A DNA stretch of 64,000 nt from Chrysomallon squamiferum. Lineage: Eukaryota > Animalia > Mollusca. Below the pieces are notes generated by a model. The model made no database searches. It worked only from the letters and a program-made list of their open reading frames with translations, and was not told the origin of the DNA. Shown here piece after piece: positions 17,214 to 30,392 of the stretch; the first letter of the stretch is position 1, and every line of letters begins with the position of its first letter. The translations under genes and the position numbers were made by a program. The DNA lies in assembly GCA_012295275.1 (NCBI GenBank), contig CM022677.1:11346001-11410000 (forward strand), read 5' to 3'.

Positions 17214-18300
17214 CACCAGACTCAAACACGCAGACAAACATAGAGGAGAGGATCTGTGTTTGGATTGAGTTAGTGATGAAGTGATAGATTATAAGTAGCT
17301 ATACAATATAAATACTGATAGATTATAGAGACAGATATAGAGAAATAAATACAGGTAGGTCATTTAGATAAATATACAGAGGTAAATACAGATAGATTAT
17401 AAGGTAGATATCCAGAGATAAATACAGATAGGTTATACAGATATACAGCAAGATAGCGAGCTTTGAAGTAATATATAGTTAGATATTCAGGGAGCTGGAC
17501 ATATGTTTGATAGATTGTTTTTAAAAAATAGGCATATAAGCTAGAGAGATAACATAATAGGTATGTATGTTACTAGTTTGGTAGATTGATATTTAGACAG
17601 ACTGATAGATATATAGATAGATATGTGTGTTAAGGAATGGGTTTGTGTGTGTGTGTGTGTGTATAATATACAAACATGTATATATATTACCTACATGTGT
17701 GTGTGTTGATTGTATAATGTATATAAAAGAGTGGACAGATGGTAGATGATAACAGACAGGTAAACTGATAGACAGAAGAAAGCTAGATAGATTACTAGAA
17801 AGATAGATAGATGAAAGGAGGCTTGAGTTTATACCTACACAACTGTAGGAAAGACTGAGTCTGTCGCTTATGTATATGGTATAAATACATAGATAAATAA
17901 ATATATTTATAGATAGATAAATAGATAGAAAGAGTGTATTTAAACAATTAAAAAGGATGTAAATAGGGAGTGTGTATATGTACGTGTGTGTGTGTGTGTG
18001 TGTGTGTGTGTATTTGTACACGAAAGACAGTGCTATGTTTAACTAAGAAAGTGAGATAGATTGATATAGAGATAGTTTGAGATATTGATCACTTGAGAGA
18101 TATATTGATAGGTTAGGTAGGCAATAATTAGGTACATATATAGACAGATATACACAGATAACATAGATACACTGATGTGTATCTGTATGTTTTACAGAGA
18201 ACGGGTATATAAATGTGTATGAAAAAAAGTGTACGTGCTTAAGAATAAGTTATGACATATAAATATTTCCCTCTGGCTTTCTTACTCTCTCTGTCACTCT

Positions 18301-18385
<85 letters not shown>

Positions 18386-19205
18386 CAGAGAAAGCGGTGA
18401 GCAGGTGCGACCAACAGAAAGACAGATAGATAGACAAATAGTCAGAGAAATTGATGATGAAATGAAACAAATATATAGACAGTCAGATAGATAGTTGAAC
18501 ACATGCAGGTAGGTAAGGATGGATGGAGTGTAAGATGGGGGGATGTATGAAAGTTTTGGTGCAAAGAAGAATTGGGAAAGTAATAAATGGATAAAAGGAT
18601 GGAATGGTGGACAGAAAGGTTTTCAATTATACAAGCAATTACTTTTCAGACATTATCAATTGTTAACAAATAAGGTCCTCATTGTAGGCACATGGATTGA
18701 GTGATATATCAATGGAATTTGGCGTAATATATAAACTGTGGAATATAAATGAGGAATATATGGAGTTAGGAGGGAGTCATGACTGGAGGTACCAATAAAT
18801 TGTTAATGAGAGACTAGAGATTTCTGGTATTGTTTATGAAGAGAACATTAATCTGGAAATCTACACTGAAAACATAGTCATTCATCTATTGATAAGAAGT
18901 AAATATGATAAGATAAAAAATGTCTGTAACAGTTTGTGTTAAAGAACACATTAATTACAGAACCTGTCATACTTAATTATCAATTAATATCTGGTAAAAT
19001 GAAATAATCCATCTAATTAGAGTAATCTGGGGAGTGACACAGAGAGTAAGAAAGCCAGAGTGAAATATTTATATGTAATAACTTATTCTTAAGTACATAC
19101 ACTTCTGTCTATACTCTGTTGGTCTGTCTGTCTGTCTGTATATAGAAAGGGCTTTCAAAGCAATAGCACTGTATTGAAAATTAGAAAAAATAGCAATACC
19201 CTATG
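11820..19205. repeat. Older direct segmental duplication, copy B (mirrored at ~23390-30660)
   Basis: Same ordered blocks as 3955-8710. Lacks the PHD transposon remnant and has an extra ~14310-17690 block. Confidence 0.85.
13925..14178 (+). promoter_or_regulatory. Promoter-like module, copy 2
   Basis: cggaaacttccg 13938-13949, caagatgtcagc (YY1-like core altered), perfect tgacgtca ~14169-14176. Confidence 0.4.
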
Positions 19206-19349
19206 TAGGTAAATCTATTTATCATAATCTAACAATCTGTCTATCTCTCTAACCAATTAAATGTTATATTAATGTACTAATTAGCCATTCCCTTTGGAAA
19301 TGTTGCCACCCCTACACCACGGTGAGGTTCAGTACACGTAGGGGATGTT

Positions 19350-20095
19350 AGTAATGGTTAGTATTTGTTAAATGTTAGTATTTGGTTAATGGTTAGTATT
19401 TGTTAAATATTAGTATTTGGTTAATGGTTAGTATTTGTTAAATGTTAGTATTTGGTTAATGGTTAGTATTTTGTTAAATGTTAGTATTTGGTTAATGGTT
19501 AGTATTTATTAAAAATTAGTATTTGGTTAATGGTTAGTATTTTGTTAATAGTTAGTATTTGTTAAATGTTAGTATTTGGTTAATTGTTAGTATTTGGTTA
19601 ATGGTTAGTATTTGTTAAATGTTAGTATTGGTTAATTGTTAATATTTTCTTAATGGTTAGTATTTGTTAAACATTAGTATTTGGTTAATGGTTACTATTT
19701 TGTTAATGGTTAGTATTTGTTAAATTTTAGTATTTGGTTAATGGTTAGAATTTGTTTTAATTGTAAAATAATATGTATGTGAGTGTGTGTGTGTTGATGT
19801 GTGTGTGTGTGTGTTTGTGTTTATACACGTATTCAGATAAGTATGTGGTAATTATTAGTAATTGTAACTAATTGGTTAAGGTTAGTATTTGTTAAATGTT
19901 AATATGTTTCTGTGTGTGAGTGTATATATGTTTGTATATATGTTAGTGTAGTTCTGTGTGTGTTCTGTCTGTATGGATATTCGTATGTGTCTGTATGGAT
20001 GTATGTGTATGTCTCTATATAACGTTTACTACCTGGTTAATGGTTAGTATTCATGTTAATTGTTAGTATTTTGGTTGCATGTTAGTACTTATTAA
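19350..20095. repeat. AT-rich minisatellite, 17/18-bp alternating monomers (35-bp dimer atggttagtatttgttaaatgttagtatttggtta)
   Basis: Regular array 19350-19750; degenerate units interspersed with (TG)n to ~20095. Confidence 0.9.
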
Positions 20096-20389
20096 TTAAA
20101 AAACAATACAAACCTGAGCCCACCTCTCAAGGGTTATAGAGCTGCAAGGAGCATAACCAGCTTCACGTCAACATCATCAACACAATCTCCTATAGCACTG
20201 ATATGCTGGGGCAAAAGGGACAGAATGTTATTATCACTGCAGATATTACCAGCTTCAAATAAATATTTTACAAATAAATGTCTGTATCTATTACTGTTAC
20301 TATCATCATCATAAAATAAAAAAATGACAGAAGGATGCCAGCTGAAGTTAAAGCAATACACCTAGAGTAACGTTGTAAGGTTTCTAATA

Positions 20390-21240
20390 TTACACAAATC
20401 CTAGTAAACGACCTATCAGAAGACAAAATTCAATTAGAACAAATAAGATTTTCCACAACAGATAACTAAATATACGACTAAAATACGTAAATATACGACC
20501 GATATACGCAAATATACGTCTGATGAATCCAGCTGCAGAATGTCGTCTGACTCTTCTGACTCTTTTCACTCTGAGAGGTGGCAATGTGTACATCTCGCAG
20601 TTTCCATCTCTTAAGTTGTACACGATGGCGGTGAATCTTGCAGAGCAAACTGGACAATTTCTTCTGCTTCTAGACCACCTCTCCAAACAGCTGAAACAAA
20701 ATTCATGTAAACACGAGTCTGCATGACACTTATCTAAAAATGCTTCTGAACACAAAGAACAAGTAGGTGACTTATCTGATTCAGGCTGTTGTGTTGATTC
20801 AGCAGTGCTGGGTGATGGTGATGTTGACATCCCTGGTCTTTCTCCACATGCTGCTTTTACAGGGTCACGTTCGGAAATCTTTCGCCCTTTTGGAGTCTTC
20901 TCTGGGCACCCATCATCCTGTGCTTTCCGTTTCCTGGATGTTGATGCCCCTGGTCCTCTACGTGATGTTTCTCCAGGGTCACGTTCGGAAATCTTTCGCC
21001 TATTTGGAGGCTCTTCTTCGGGCACCCATCATCCTGTGCTTTCCGTCTCCTACATGTTGATGTCCCTGGTCCTGTACGTGATGTTTCTCCAGGGTCACGT
21101 CCGGAAATCTTTCGCCCATTTGGAGGCTTCTTCGGGCACCCATCATCCTGTGCTTTCCGTTTCCTAGATGTTGAAGTCCCTGGTCCTCTACGTGATGTTT
21201 CTCCAGGGTCACGTTCGGAAATCTTTCGCCCATTTGGGCT
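20390..21240 (-). CDS. TOPORS-like C3HC4 RING protein with N-terminal 38-aa tandem repeats and hydrophobic C-tail (left copy, 5'-incomplete)
   Basis: CSLC-x12-CLHEFCFSC-x10(LERWSRSRRN)-CPVC at 20645-20761: all 8 ligands and the conserved Trp, with the same spacing as the TOPORS RING-HC. The upstream 114-bp units run into the gap. One unit has a 2-nt insertion (~21011) that shifts frame. Confidence 0.8.
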
Positions 21241-21807
21241 NNNNNNNNNNNNNNNNNNNNNNNNNNNNNNNNNNNNNNNNNNNNNNNNNNNNNNNNNNNN
21301 NNNNNNNNNNNNNNNNNNNNNNNNNNNNNNNNNNNNNNNNNNNNNNNNNNNNNNNNNNNNNNNNNNNNNNNNNNNNNNNNNNNNNNNNNNNNNNNNNNNN
21401 NNNNNNNNNNNNNNNNNNNNNNNNNNNNNNNNNNNNNNNNGAACGTGACCCTGGAGAAACATCACGTAGAGGACCAGGGACATCAGCATCTAGGAAACGG
21501 AAAGCACAGGATGATGGGTGCCCGAAGAAGCCTCCAAAAGGGCGAAAGATTTCCGAACGTGACCCTGGAGAAACATCACGTAGAAGCCTCCAAAGGACCA
21601 GGGACATCAACATCTAGGAAACGGAAAGCACAGGATGATGGGTGCCCGAAGAAGCCTCCAAATGGACGAAAGATTTCCGAACGTGACCCTGGAGAAACAT
21701 CACGTACAGGACCAGGGGCATCAACATCTAGGAAACGGAAAGCACAGGATGATGGGTGCCCGGAAAAGATTCCGAAAGTGCAAAAGATTTCCGAACGTGA
21801 CCCTGTA
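20858..21807. repeat. 114-bp GC-rich coding tandem repeat on both sides of the gap (inverted relative to each other)
   Basis: On the right, units start at 21441, 21555, 21679 and 21793 (114, 124, 114 bp), encoding ERDPGETSRRGPGTSTSRKRKAQDDGCPKKPPNGRKIS. About 3.3 units on the left. Confidence 0.95.
21241..21440. other. Assembly gap (200 N) at the symmetry centre
   Basis: Exactly 200 Ns, a round number typical of an unsized scaffold join. Both flanks end inside the 114-bp tandem array. Confidence 0.98.
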
Positions 21808-22275
21808 AAAGCAGCATGTGAAGAAAGACCAGGGATGTCAACATCACCATCACCCAGCACTGCTGAATCAACACAACAGCCTGAATCAGATAAGTCACCT
21901 ACTTGTTCTTTGTGTTCAGAAGAATTTTTAGATAAGTGTCATGCAGACTCGTGTTTACATGAATTTTGTTTCAGCTGTTTGGAGAGGTGGTCTAGAAGCA
22001 GAAGAAATTGTCCAGTTTGCTCTGCAAGATTCACCGCCATCGTGTACAACTTAAGAGATGGAAACTGCGAGATGTACACATTGCCACCTCTCAGAGTCAA
22101 AAGAGTCAGAAGAGTCAGACGACATTCTGCAGCTGGATTCATCAGACGTATATTTGCGTATATCGGTCGTATATTTACGTATTTTAGTCGTATATTTAGT
22201 TCTCTGTTGTGGAAAATCTTATTTGTTCTAATTGAATTTTGTCTTCTGATAGGTCGTTTACTAGGATTTGTGTAA
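21441..22275 (+). CDS. TOPORS-like C3HC4 RING protein with N-terminal 38-aa tandem repeats and hydrophobic C-tail (right copy, 5'-incomplete)
   Basis: RING at 21904-22020, followed by SARFTAIVYNLR (cf. TOPORS-type KQPFxSIxHxVR), a basic stretch RVKRVRRVRR, then RIFAYIG/RIFTYFS/RIFSSLL and WKILFVLIEFCLLIGRLLGFV*. A 10-nt insertion (agcctccaaa ~21585) shifts frame in repeat unit 2. Confidence 0.8.
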
Positions 22276-22574
22276 TATTAGAAACCTTACAACGTTACTC
22301 TAGGTGTATTGCTTTAACTTCAGCTGGCATCCTTCTGTCATTTTTTTTATTTTATGATGATGATAGTAACAGTAATAGATACAGACATTTATTTGTAAAA
22401 TATTTATTTGAAGTTGGTAATATCTGCAGTGATAATAACATTCTGTCCCTTTTGCCCCAGCATATCAGTGCTATAGGAGATTGTGTTGATGATGTTGACG
22501 TGAAGCTGGTTATGCTCCTTGCAGCTCTATAACCCTTGAGAGGTGGGCTCAGGTTTGTATTGTTTTTTAATTAA

Positions 22575-23250
22575 TAAGTACTAACATACAACCAAAATAC
22601 TAACAATTAACATGAATACTAACCATTAACCAGGTAGTAAACGTTATATAGAGACACACACATACATCCATACAGACACATACGAATATCCATACAGACA
22701 GAACACACACAGAACTACACTAACATATATACAAACATATATACACTCACACACAGAAACATATTAACATTTAACAAATACTAACCTTAACCAATTAGTT
22801 ACAATTACTAATAATTACCACATACTTATCTGAATACGTGTATAAACACAAACACACACACACACATCAACACACACACACATCACACACACACATTAAA
22901 ACAAATTCTAACCATTAACCAAATACTAAAATTTTTTTAAATTAACAAAATAGTAACCATTAACCAAATACTAATGTTTAACAAATACTAACCATTAAGA
23001 AAATATTAACAATTAACCAAATACTAACATTTAACAAATACTAACCATTAACAAAATACTAACAATTAACCAAATACTAACATTTAACAAATACTAACCA
23101 TTAACAAAATACTAACCATTAACCAAATACTAATTTTTAACAAATACTAACCATTAAGCAAATACTAACATTTAACAAATAGTAACTATTAACAAAATAC
23201 TAACCATTAACCAAATACTAACATTTAACAAATACTAACCATTACTAACA
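22575..23250. repeat. Mirror copy of the 35-bp dimer minisatellite
   Basis: taaccattaaccaaatactaacatttaacaaatac units, regular at 22905-23245; shorter than the left copy. Confidence 0.9.
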
Positions 23251-24209
23251 TCCCCTACGTGTACTGAACCTCACCGTGGTGTAGGGGTGGCAACATTTCC
23301 AAAGGGAATGGCTAATTAGTACATTAATATAACATTTAATTGGTTAGAGAGATAGACAGATTGTTAGATTATGATAAATAGATTTACCTACATAGGGTAT
23401 TGCTATTTTTTCTAATTTTGAATACAGTGCTATTGCTTTGAAAGCCCTTTCTATATACAGACAGACAGACAGACCAACAGAGTATAGACAGAAGTGTATG
23501 TACTTAAGAATAAGTTATGACATATAAATATTTCACTCTGGCTTTCTTACTCTCTGTGTCACTCCCCAGATTACTCTAATTAGATGGATTATTTCATTTT
23601 ACCAGATATTAATTGATAATTAAGTATGACAGGTTCTGTGATTAATGTGCTCTTTAACACAAACTGTTACAGACATCTTTTTATCTTATCATATTTACTT
23701 CTTATCAATAGATGAATGACTATGTTTTCAGTGTAGATTTCCAGATTAATGTTCTCTTCATAAACAATACCAGAAATCTCTAGTCTCTCATTAACAATTT
23801 ATTGGTACCTCCAGTCATGCCTCCCTCCTAACTCCATATATTCCTCATTTATATTCCACAGTTTATATATTACGCCAAATTCCATTGATATATCACTCAA
23901 TCCATGGGCCTACAATGAGGACCTTATTTGTTAACAATTGATAATGTCTGAAAAGTAATTGCTTGTATAATTGAAAACCTTTCTGTCCACCATTCCATCC
24001 TTTTATCCATTTATTACTTTCCCAATTTTTCTTTGCACCAAAACTTTCATCCATCCCCCCATCTAACACTCCATCCATCCTTACTTACCTGCATGTGTCT
24101 AGCTATCTATCTGTCTGTCTATATATTTGTTTCATTTCATCATCAATTTCTCTGACTATTTGTCTATCTATCTGTCTGTTTGTTGGTCGCACCTGCTCAC
24201 CGCTTTTTG

Positions 24210-24254
<45 letters not shown>

Positions 24255-24885
24255 ATATCTATCTATATATATATATATATATATATGGAGAGTGACAGAG
24301 AGAGTAAGAAAGCCAGAGGGAAATATTTATATGTCATAACTTATTCTTAAGCACGTACACTTTTTTTTCATACACATTTATATACCCGTTCTCTGTAAAA
24401 CATACAGATACACATCAATGTATCTATGTTATCTGTGTATATCTGTCTATATATGTACCTAATTATTGCCTACCTAACCTATCAATATATCTCTCAAGTG
24501 ATCAATATCTCAAACTATCTCTATATCAATCTATCTCACTTTCTTAGTTAACCATAGCACTGTCTTTCGTGCACACATACACACACACACACACACACAC
24601 AAACGTACATATACACACTCCCTATTTACATACTTTTTAATTGTTTAAATACACTCTTTCTATCTATTTATCTATCTATAAATATATTTATTTATCTATG
24701 TATTTATACCATATACATAAGCAACAGACTCAGTCTTTCCTACAGCTGTGTAGGTATAAACTCAAGCCTCCTTTCATCTATCTATCTTTCTAGTAATCTA
24801 TCTAGCTTTCTTCTGTCTATCAATTTACCTGTCTGTTATCATCTACCATCTGTCCACTCTTTTATATACATTATACAATCAACTA

Positions 24886-24986
<101 letters not shown>

Positions 24987-25456
24987 TGCAGGTGTGTTTG
25001 TATATTATACACACACACACACACACAAACCCATTCCTTAACACACATATCTATCTATATATCTATCAGTCTGTCTAAATATCAATCTACCAAACTAGTA
25101 ACATACATACCTATTATGTTATCTCTCTAGCTTATATGCCTATTTTTTAAAAACAATCTATCAAACATATGTCCAGCTCCCTGAATGTCTAACTATATAT
25201 TACTTCAAAGCTCGCTATCTTGCTGTATATCTGTATAACCTATCTGTATTTATCTCTGGATATCTACTATAATCTATCTGTATTTACCTCTGTATATTTA
25301 TCTAAATGACCTACCTGTATTTATTTCTCTATATCTGTCTCTATAATCTATCAGTATTTATATTGTATAGCTACTTATAATCTATCATTTCATCACTAAC
25401 TCAATCCAAACACAGATCCTCTCCTCTATGTTTGTCTGCGTGTGTTTGAGTCTCTG

Positions 25457-25524
<68 letters not shown>

Positions 25525-25749
25525 TATATTCTCTATCTTAACGCTATTTCTAACATAATCATTTTCTTACACATATACATCCTCAAATCTACTGCCATCC
25601 ACTTTACCATTATATAACCTGTCTTGCTTCACACCTATCCTTCTATCTATCTTTCTGTCTGTCTATTGAACCTACGCGCCTGCCTATCTGTTTAGCTATC
25701 TATATATCTCTCTGTCTATCCTCAAATTATATATATATAATTTAGTATT

Positions 25750-25791
<42 letters not shown>

Positions 25792-25952
25792 ATCTACATT
25801 ACATTCCATCAATAACCATCCATAAATCACCTATTCATCTTCCTAACTATCTCCCTAAATAATTATAACTACTTTCTATATCTATCTTTCTGTGATACTG
25901 TCCATTTATAACTCTCATTCACAATTCCCATATTTAGCTATGCTTATCACTG

Positions 25953-25990
<38 letters not shown>

Positions 25991-27651
25991 ATTCATTTTT
26001 TTATGAATATGCATGCGATATCACCTATCTACATACATCTCCATATGTATGTCTATCTATACACATTTCCATATGTATGTCTATCTAAATATTTTCTCAT
26101 AATCAATCTACATAGCGGTTATATAATCTGTCTAATTTTCTTTTATCCATTGAAATCAATAACCATCAATAACATCTCCTTATCTACATCTCCTATATAT
26201 CCACCTACAGATCTCCCTATTTTTCTGTATGTTTGCACACATATACACTCAGTATATTCACACTCTTCAAAAAACACAAGCAAATTTTCCTTCCCATACA
26301 TATGTATATACTATTCTCTGCTCCAACTTATGCATACCTACACCTGCATATACATTCAGTCTTCCACATTACCATCCATACTTGCCTACACCCACCTGTC
26401 TCTCTGTGTCTCTGCTGTGTATCTGCTGTGTGTTAGTTAACTATCTACATGTATCTACTGAAGTACTGACCCACCTACCTGTCTGTATCTTTGAGTGTCT
26501 AATATCTGTCAGATGCCTGTCTACATACATCTACATATCAACCTACTGATCTACTCACCTACATACCTATCTGTTTATCTATCAACATTACAACATATCA
26601 ATAACCATCCATCAGTCATCTATCCAACTCCCTGTCAAACTACCTACATACATAACTAACTGTGCCTGCATTACAACCTGTATGATTTATATATACATCT
26701 GTACGTCTACTCAGCCTGGCACACAAAACACACATGACAGAAAGAAGAATACACAGAATAGATAGATGGCCATTGTCATGTTTACCTATCTACCTCAATT
26801 CATCTACATTTATCAATTTCATTTGTTAACTTCTACTGATCTAGCTGTCTATCAATCTATCAATATATACTTCTTTCTTTCTTTGTATCTTCCTGTTTAT
26901 CTCTTCACCTGTTAACCTTTCATCTGACAGTCAGTCTCATATCTCTGTCAATCATTTCTCCATTCCTTTAAATCATTTACAGCTGCTCTCAAGTTAATTG
27001 CTAATAATCTTTATGAAAACAACATTAATCTGGAACCTGCTCTCTATTAAAAAATATCATTGCTCCACATATTTTCATTTCTTCTGCAATAATTTCTAAT
27101 TTGCAGTGTAGAACCATACATAGCTTTTGTAGTGTCCTTTAGTCATTATAGAGGAAGTTGTTAAGTCCTTTCCTGATAAAACCAAGAATCATCCACTGTT
27201 AACTTTTGGAGAATAATGAATCAACACTGATATTGTTAACAACTTCTCTGTCTGGAAACTGCTTTGGAAAGAAAACTCCATAATTAGTCTATATCAGTAG
27301 ATATCTCAATGTTTAAAGATACCTCTATATTCTTCTCCATATTATTGTTACTGAAGCTGATTCCAGAATATTGTCGTTTCTGTAGATGCAATAATAAAAT
27401 TTAATTGAATAATTATTTAAAAGTAATTTTCCATTGTGTTTAATTGTCTGATAAATAACAAATAATTTAAACAAAAATATAGATCTATAAAAAGGTATCA
27501 AAATTGTAAATTTTACATTCTGGTCAAATTAAAATAACAAATGAGTCTTTCAAATCTATATTCATAAAGATAAATGAAATATTTTCATATATTAATCAAG
27601 AAGAATGCATTGATTAGATCAAAATATGTTAAAGTTAAGCAATACAAACAT

Positions 27652-27711
<60 letters not shown>

Positions 27712-28435
27712 TTTCTCAAAGCTGAAATCCATAAAATTGTGAACACTCCTCTATATCTTCAGCACTGACTTGCCTTGTACTGTAAAGGTGAGAGATGAGA
27801 TCTAAAGAACTCTGTCTTTGTCCAAGTCTTTAAAAAAGTACAAAATCGAACATAGACTTGACAGTATCCACCTGTAAATTGAAAATAATTCATTATATCC
27901 AGCCAATGAAAAATATGAGGCATTTTAGTTAAAAACTAATTGACAATTTTCTGTGATTTATTAATTGTTTGAGATAAGTCACTTACGATATCACGATTTC
28001 GAACAGTTTACAACAAACCTCATCTTACAAACTTCTCGTCCATAACTTTAATTACATGTTTCAGAACTCGAATGTTTTGGGTTTTAACGAAAAAGAGTGA
28101 AAAATTAATTTTTAAGTAATCTTTTAAACAGGCCGGTTGGCGGACCTTTAAATTATAATTTTTTAAATAAATTTTCTGTTGTAAAACCGGTATCAAGCAT
28201 CATAATAAATGTATCTAGGCAATCATTCAAGTAACACGCGATCAGTTTCCTTTTTCCACGTAAATACCACCTGTAATGTATTGAAAATGAAAACAAATAT
28301 TAAAATAAAAATATAATGGTTTCAAGTATTGTTTTACAACTACGTACTCAGCACTGTCCGCTGTGGAGTTTTAGCAGAGTAAGTGTTCACATTATGTGCC
28401 TAATGAGAATATTCATCCACCAGCGTCAGCTAAAA

Positions 28436-28495
<60 letters not shown>

Positions 28496-28597
28496 TTATT
28501 TATTTATTTATTTATTTATTTACTTATTTGTTTCTGGCTGGCGTCATCTAAATACTATCTGAAAACAAAAATCTAGTAAGAAATGGGTAAGAGATAG

Positions 28598-28850
28598 TAT
28601 GACGTCAAAGTTACAAAAAAAATATAGTAAATAAATAAATTAAAAATTGGTTTCGACCTTTGAAGCAATTACTACTCAATAATAGACATCTATGTACAAA
28701 CGGCATTACTTATATGATGTATTTCCCCAAATTACTTTTAATAATCCATATAGACTTGATTGGATGTTTAAAAGTTTGTAAACACTGATCGGCGTTCGAC
28801 GCTGCCATCTTTGATTTCATTCGGAGGTTTCCGTGATCGCTCGGAAACCG
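28598..28850 (-). promoter_or_regulatory. Promoter-like module, copy 3 (mirror of copy 2)
   Basis: tgacgtca ~28600, gctgccatctt 28801-28811, ggtttccgtg ~28826. Confidence 0.4.
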
Positions 28851-30092
28851 TCTGATCGGGTTTTTGAACTTCCAATTTCAACTTTTTTACGTCTATTTTC
28901 TTAACTTTTTTATGATTTGTAAATTAGATTTGCGCTGATAAAGGTAATATATTACCAAACCATGATCTCCTGCGCTTTTCCTAAGTACTTTTTCAACTTA
29001 ATCAAACTTTTCACACTGGATTATTTTTATGCAAATGCGTGATAATAAACTGAAATTATAATTTGTTATAAGATTACTGTATTAACTTTTCCAGTTGGCA
29101 ATGTTCCCCAACAGAAACGAAGATTCAGGTTTAGTTTGTACCAATAAATCGGTGAAAGTCTGGAAGTATTTTGACTGTCTGACTTTTAGAAGTTTGTGGT
29201 CAACGGGAAATAACTCTATTTAACACATTGGAAAATATACAAAAAAGACTGAGTGTGAAGTAAAATATTAAAAAAGAACAAAATAACAAAAAGAAATCAC
29301 ATAGAAATATATTTTGTTTTCAATAAATGAAGCGACGAAAGATTATTAGAGACATCATAAGTCTGCTGAATACAGATTTTATTTAAACCTATATATTATT
29401 TTTATTTCTATTTAATATAACTGTTTCTTTATAATAAATATATGCCTCTTTTTCTGTTGTTTAAGTATTCTTTCTTAATTATTATATTTATTTATCATTT
29501 TAATTAGTGTTATTGTAGTTATTGTTCTTATTTTTATCGTTAATCCCGTTATTTGAGATATTATTACTCAAAAAAAGAAACAATTATCAATAGATATACA
29601 GACACACGCATACAAAAGAAAGAATCTGGTTACACGTGTTTTCCTTGCATAAGTTGATATGTATGTAGTTAAATAATAGATAGATACACTGATGAGAGCT
29701 AGGGATGGATATAGAGATAGATAGACATTTTACATTTCATAGGCAAATGAACATGTTTGTATATGAGTTATAATATCATATTAACCTCGCTTTTAACATC
29801 TTTTCTTTTATTGGTCATTTTAATCTCTCTGTCGGTCTGTCTATCCATGTATTTATCTATATGTCTGTCTGTCTGACTGTCTGACTGTCTGTCTGACTGT
29901 CTATATCTCTGTCTGTCTATCTATCCTCCTACCTATCTACCTCTCGGACTGTAGAGATAATGCAGGTGTAGCTGTAATTATAACTTCAGTAATTTTGTTA
30001 TAAACACTGCAGAAAATATTGATAATAAAGCAGCGATGATATTTTATCTCACTGGCAGAGATTCTGTGTATTCTGAAAATACTGAAGGATCT

Positions 30093-30135
<43 letters not shown>

Positions 30136-30286
30136 TATTCTTAACTAAGTTAATTAATTTGTGTTTTGCTTTATATGTAAGAATCTGTGTTAAAGTTTCA
30201 AGTATTAATGAAAGATACATTTGTAAATGTCAATAATATGGTGAAGTTAGTTCATTTTAATACAGTATCTCACCACTATCTTAACA

Positions 30287-30392
<106 letters not shown>

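Noticed and set aside
15840-18510. Hydrophobic ORFs rich in LSIY, THTH, YIYI or IIII here and at 4780-5139, 7125-7567, 24095-26549, 32800-33696, 51335-52111 and 56492-58004
   Set aside because: Translations of (GATA)n, (CA)n, (TA)n, (TAA)n and (GA)n microsatellite-derived DNA; no domain signal.
19350-19750. Interstitial telomere or chromosome-fusion scar
   Set aside because: ggttag-like words occur only inside a 17/18-bp monomer; there are no (TTAGG)n or (TTAGGG)n runs.
20523-22142. Antisense and alternative-frame ORFs over the RING and 114-bp repeats, and ORFs spanning the Ns
   Set aside because: Shadows of the GC-rich in-frame repeat, or artefacts of translating through the gap.
20390-22275. 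Integrated herpes-like virus (ICP0-like RING, inverted repeats)
   Set aside because: No other viral-like ORFs, very low coding density and host-type microsatellites throughout the arms; a host TOPORS origin is simpler.
23252-23320. Canonical Helitron 3' end (hairpin plus CTAA|T)
   Set aside because: Homology with the 52-kb copy continues ~230 bp beyond the CTAA, so this is not demonstrably a terminus.
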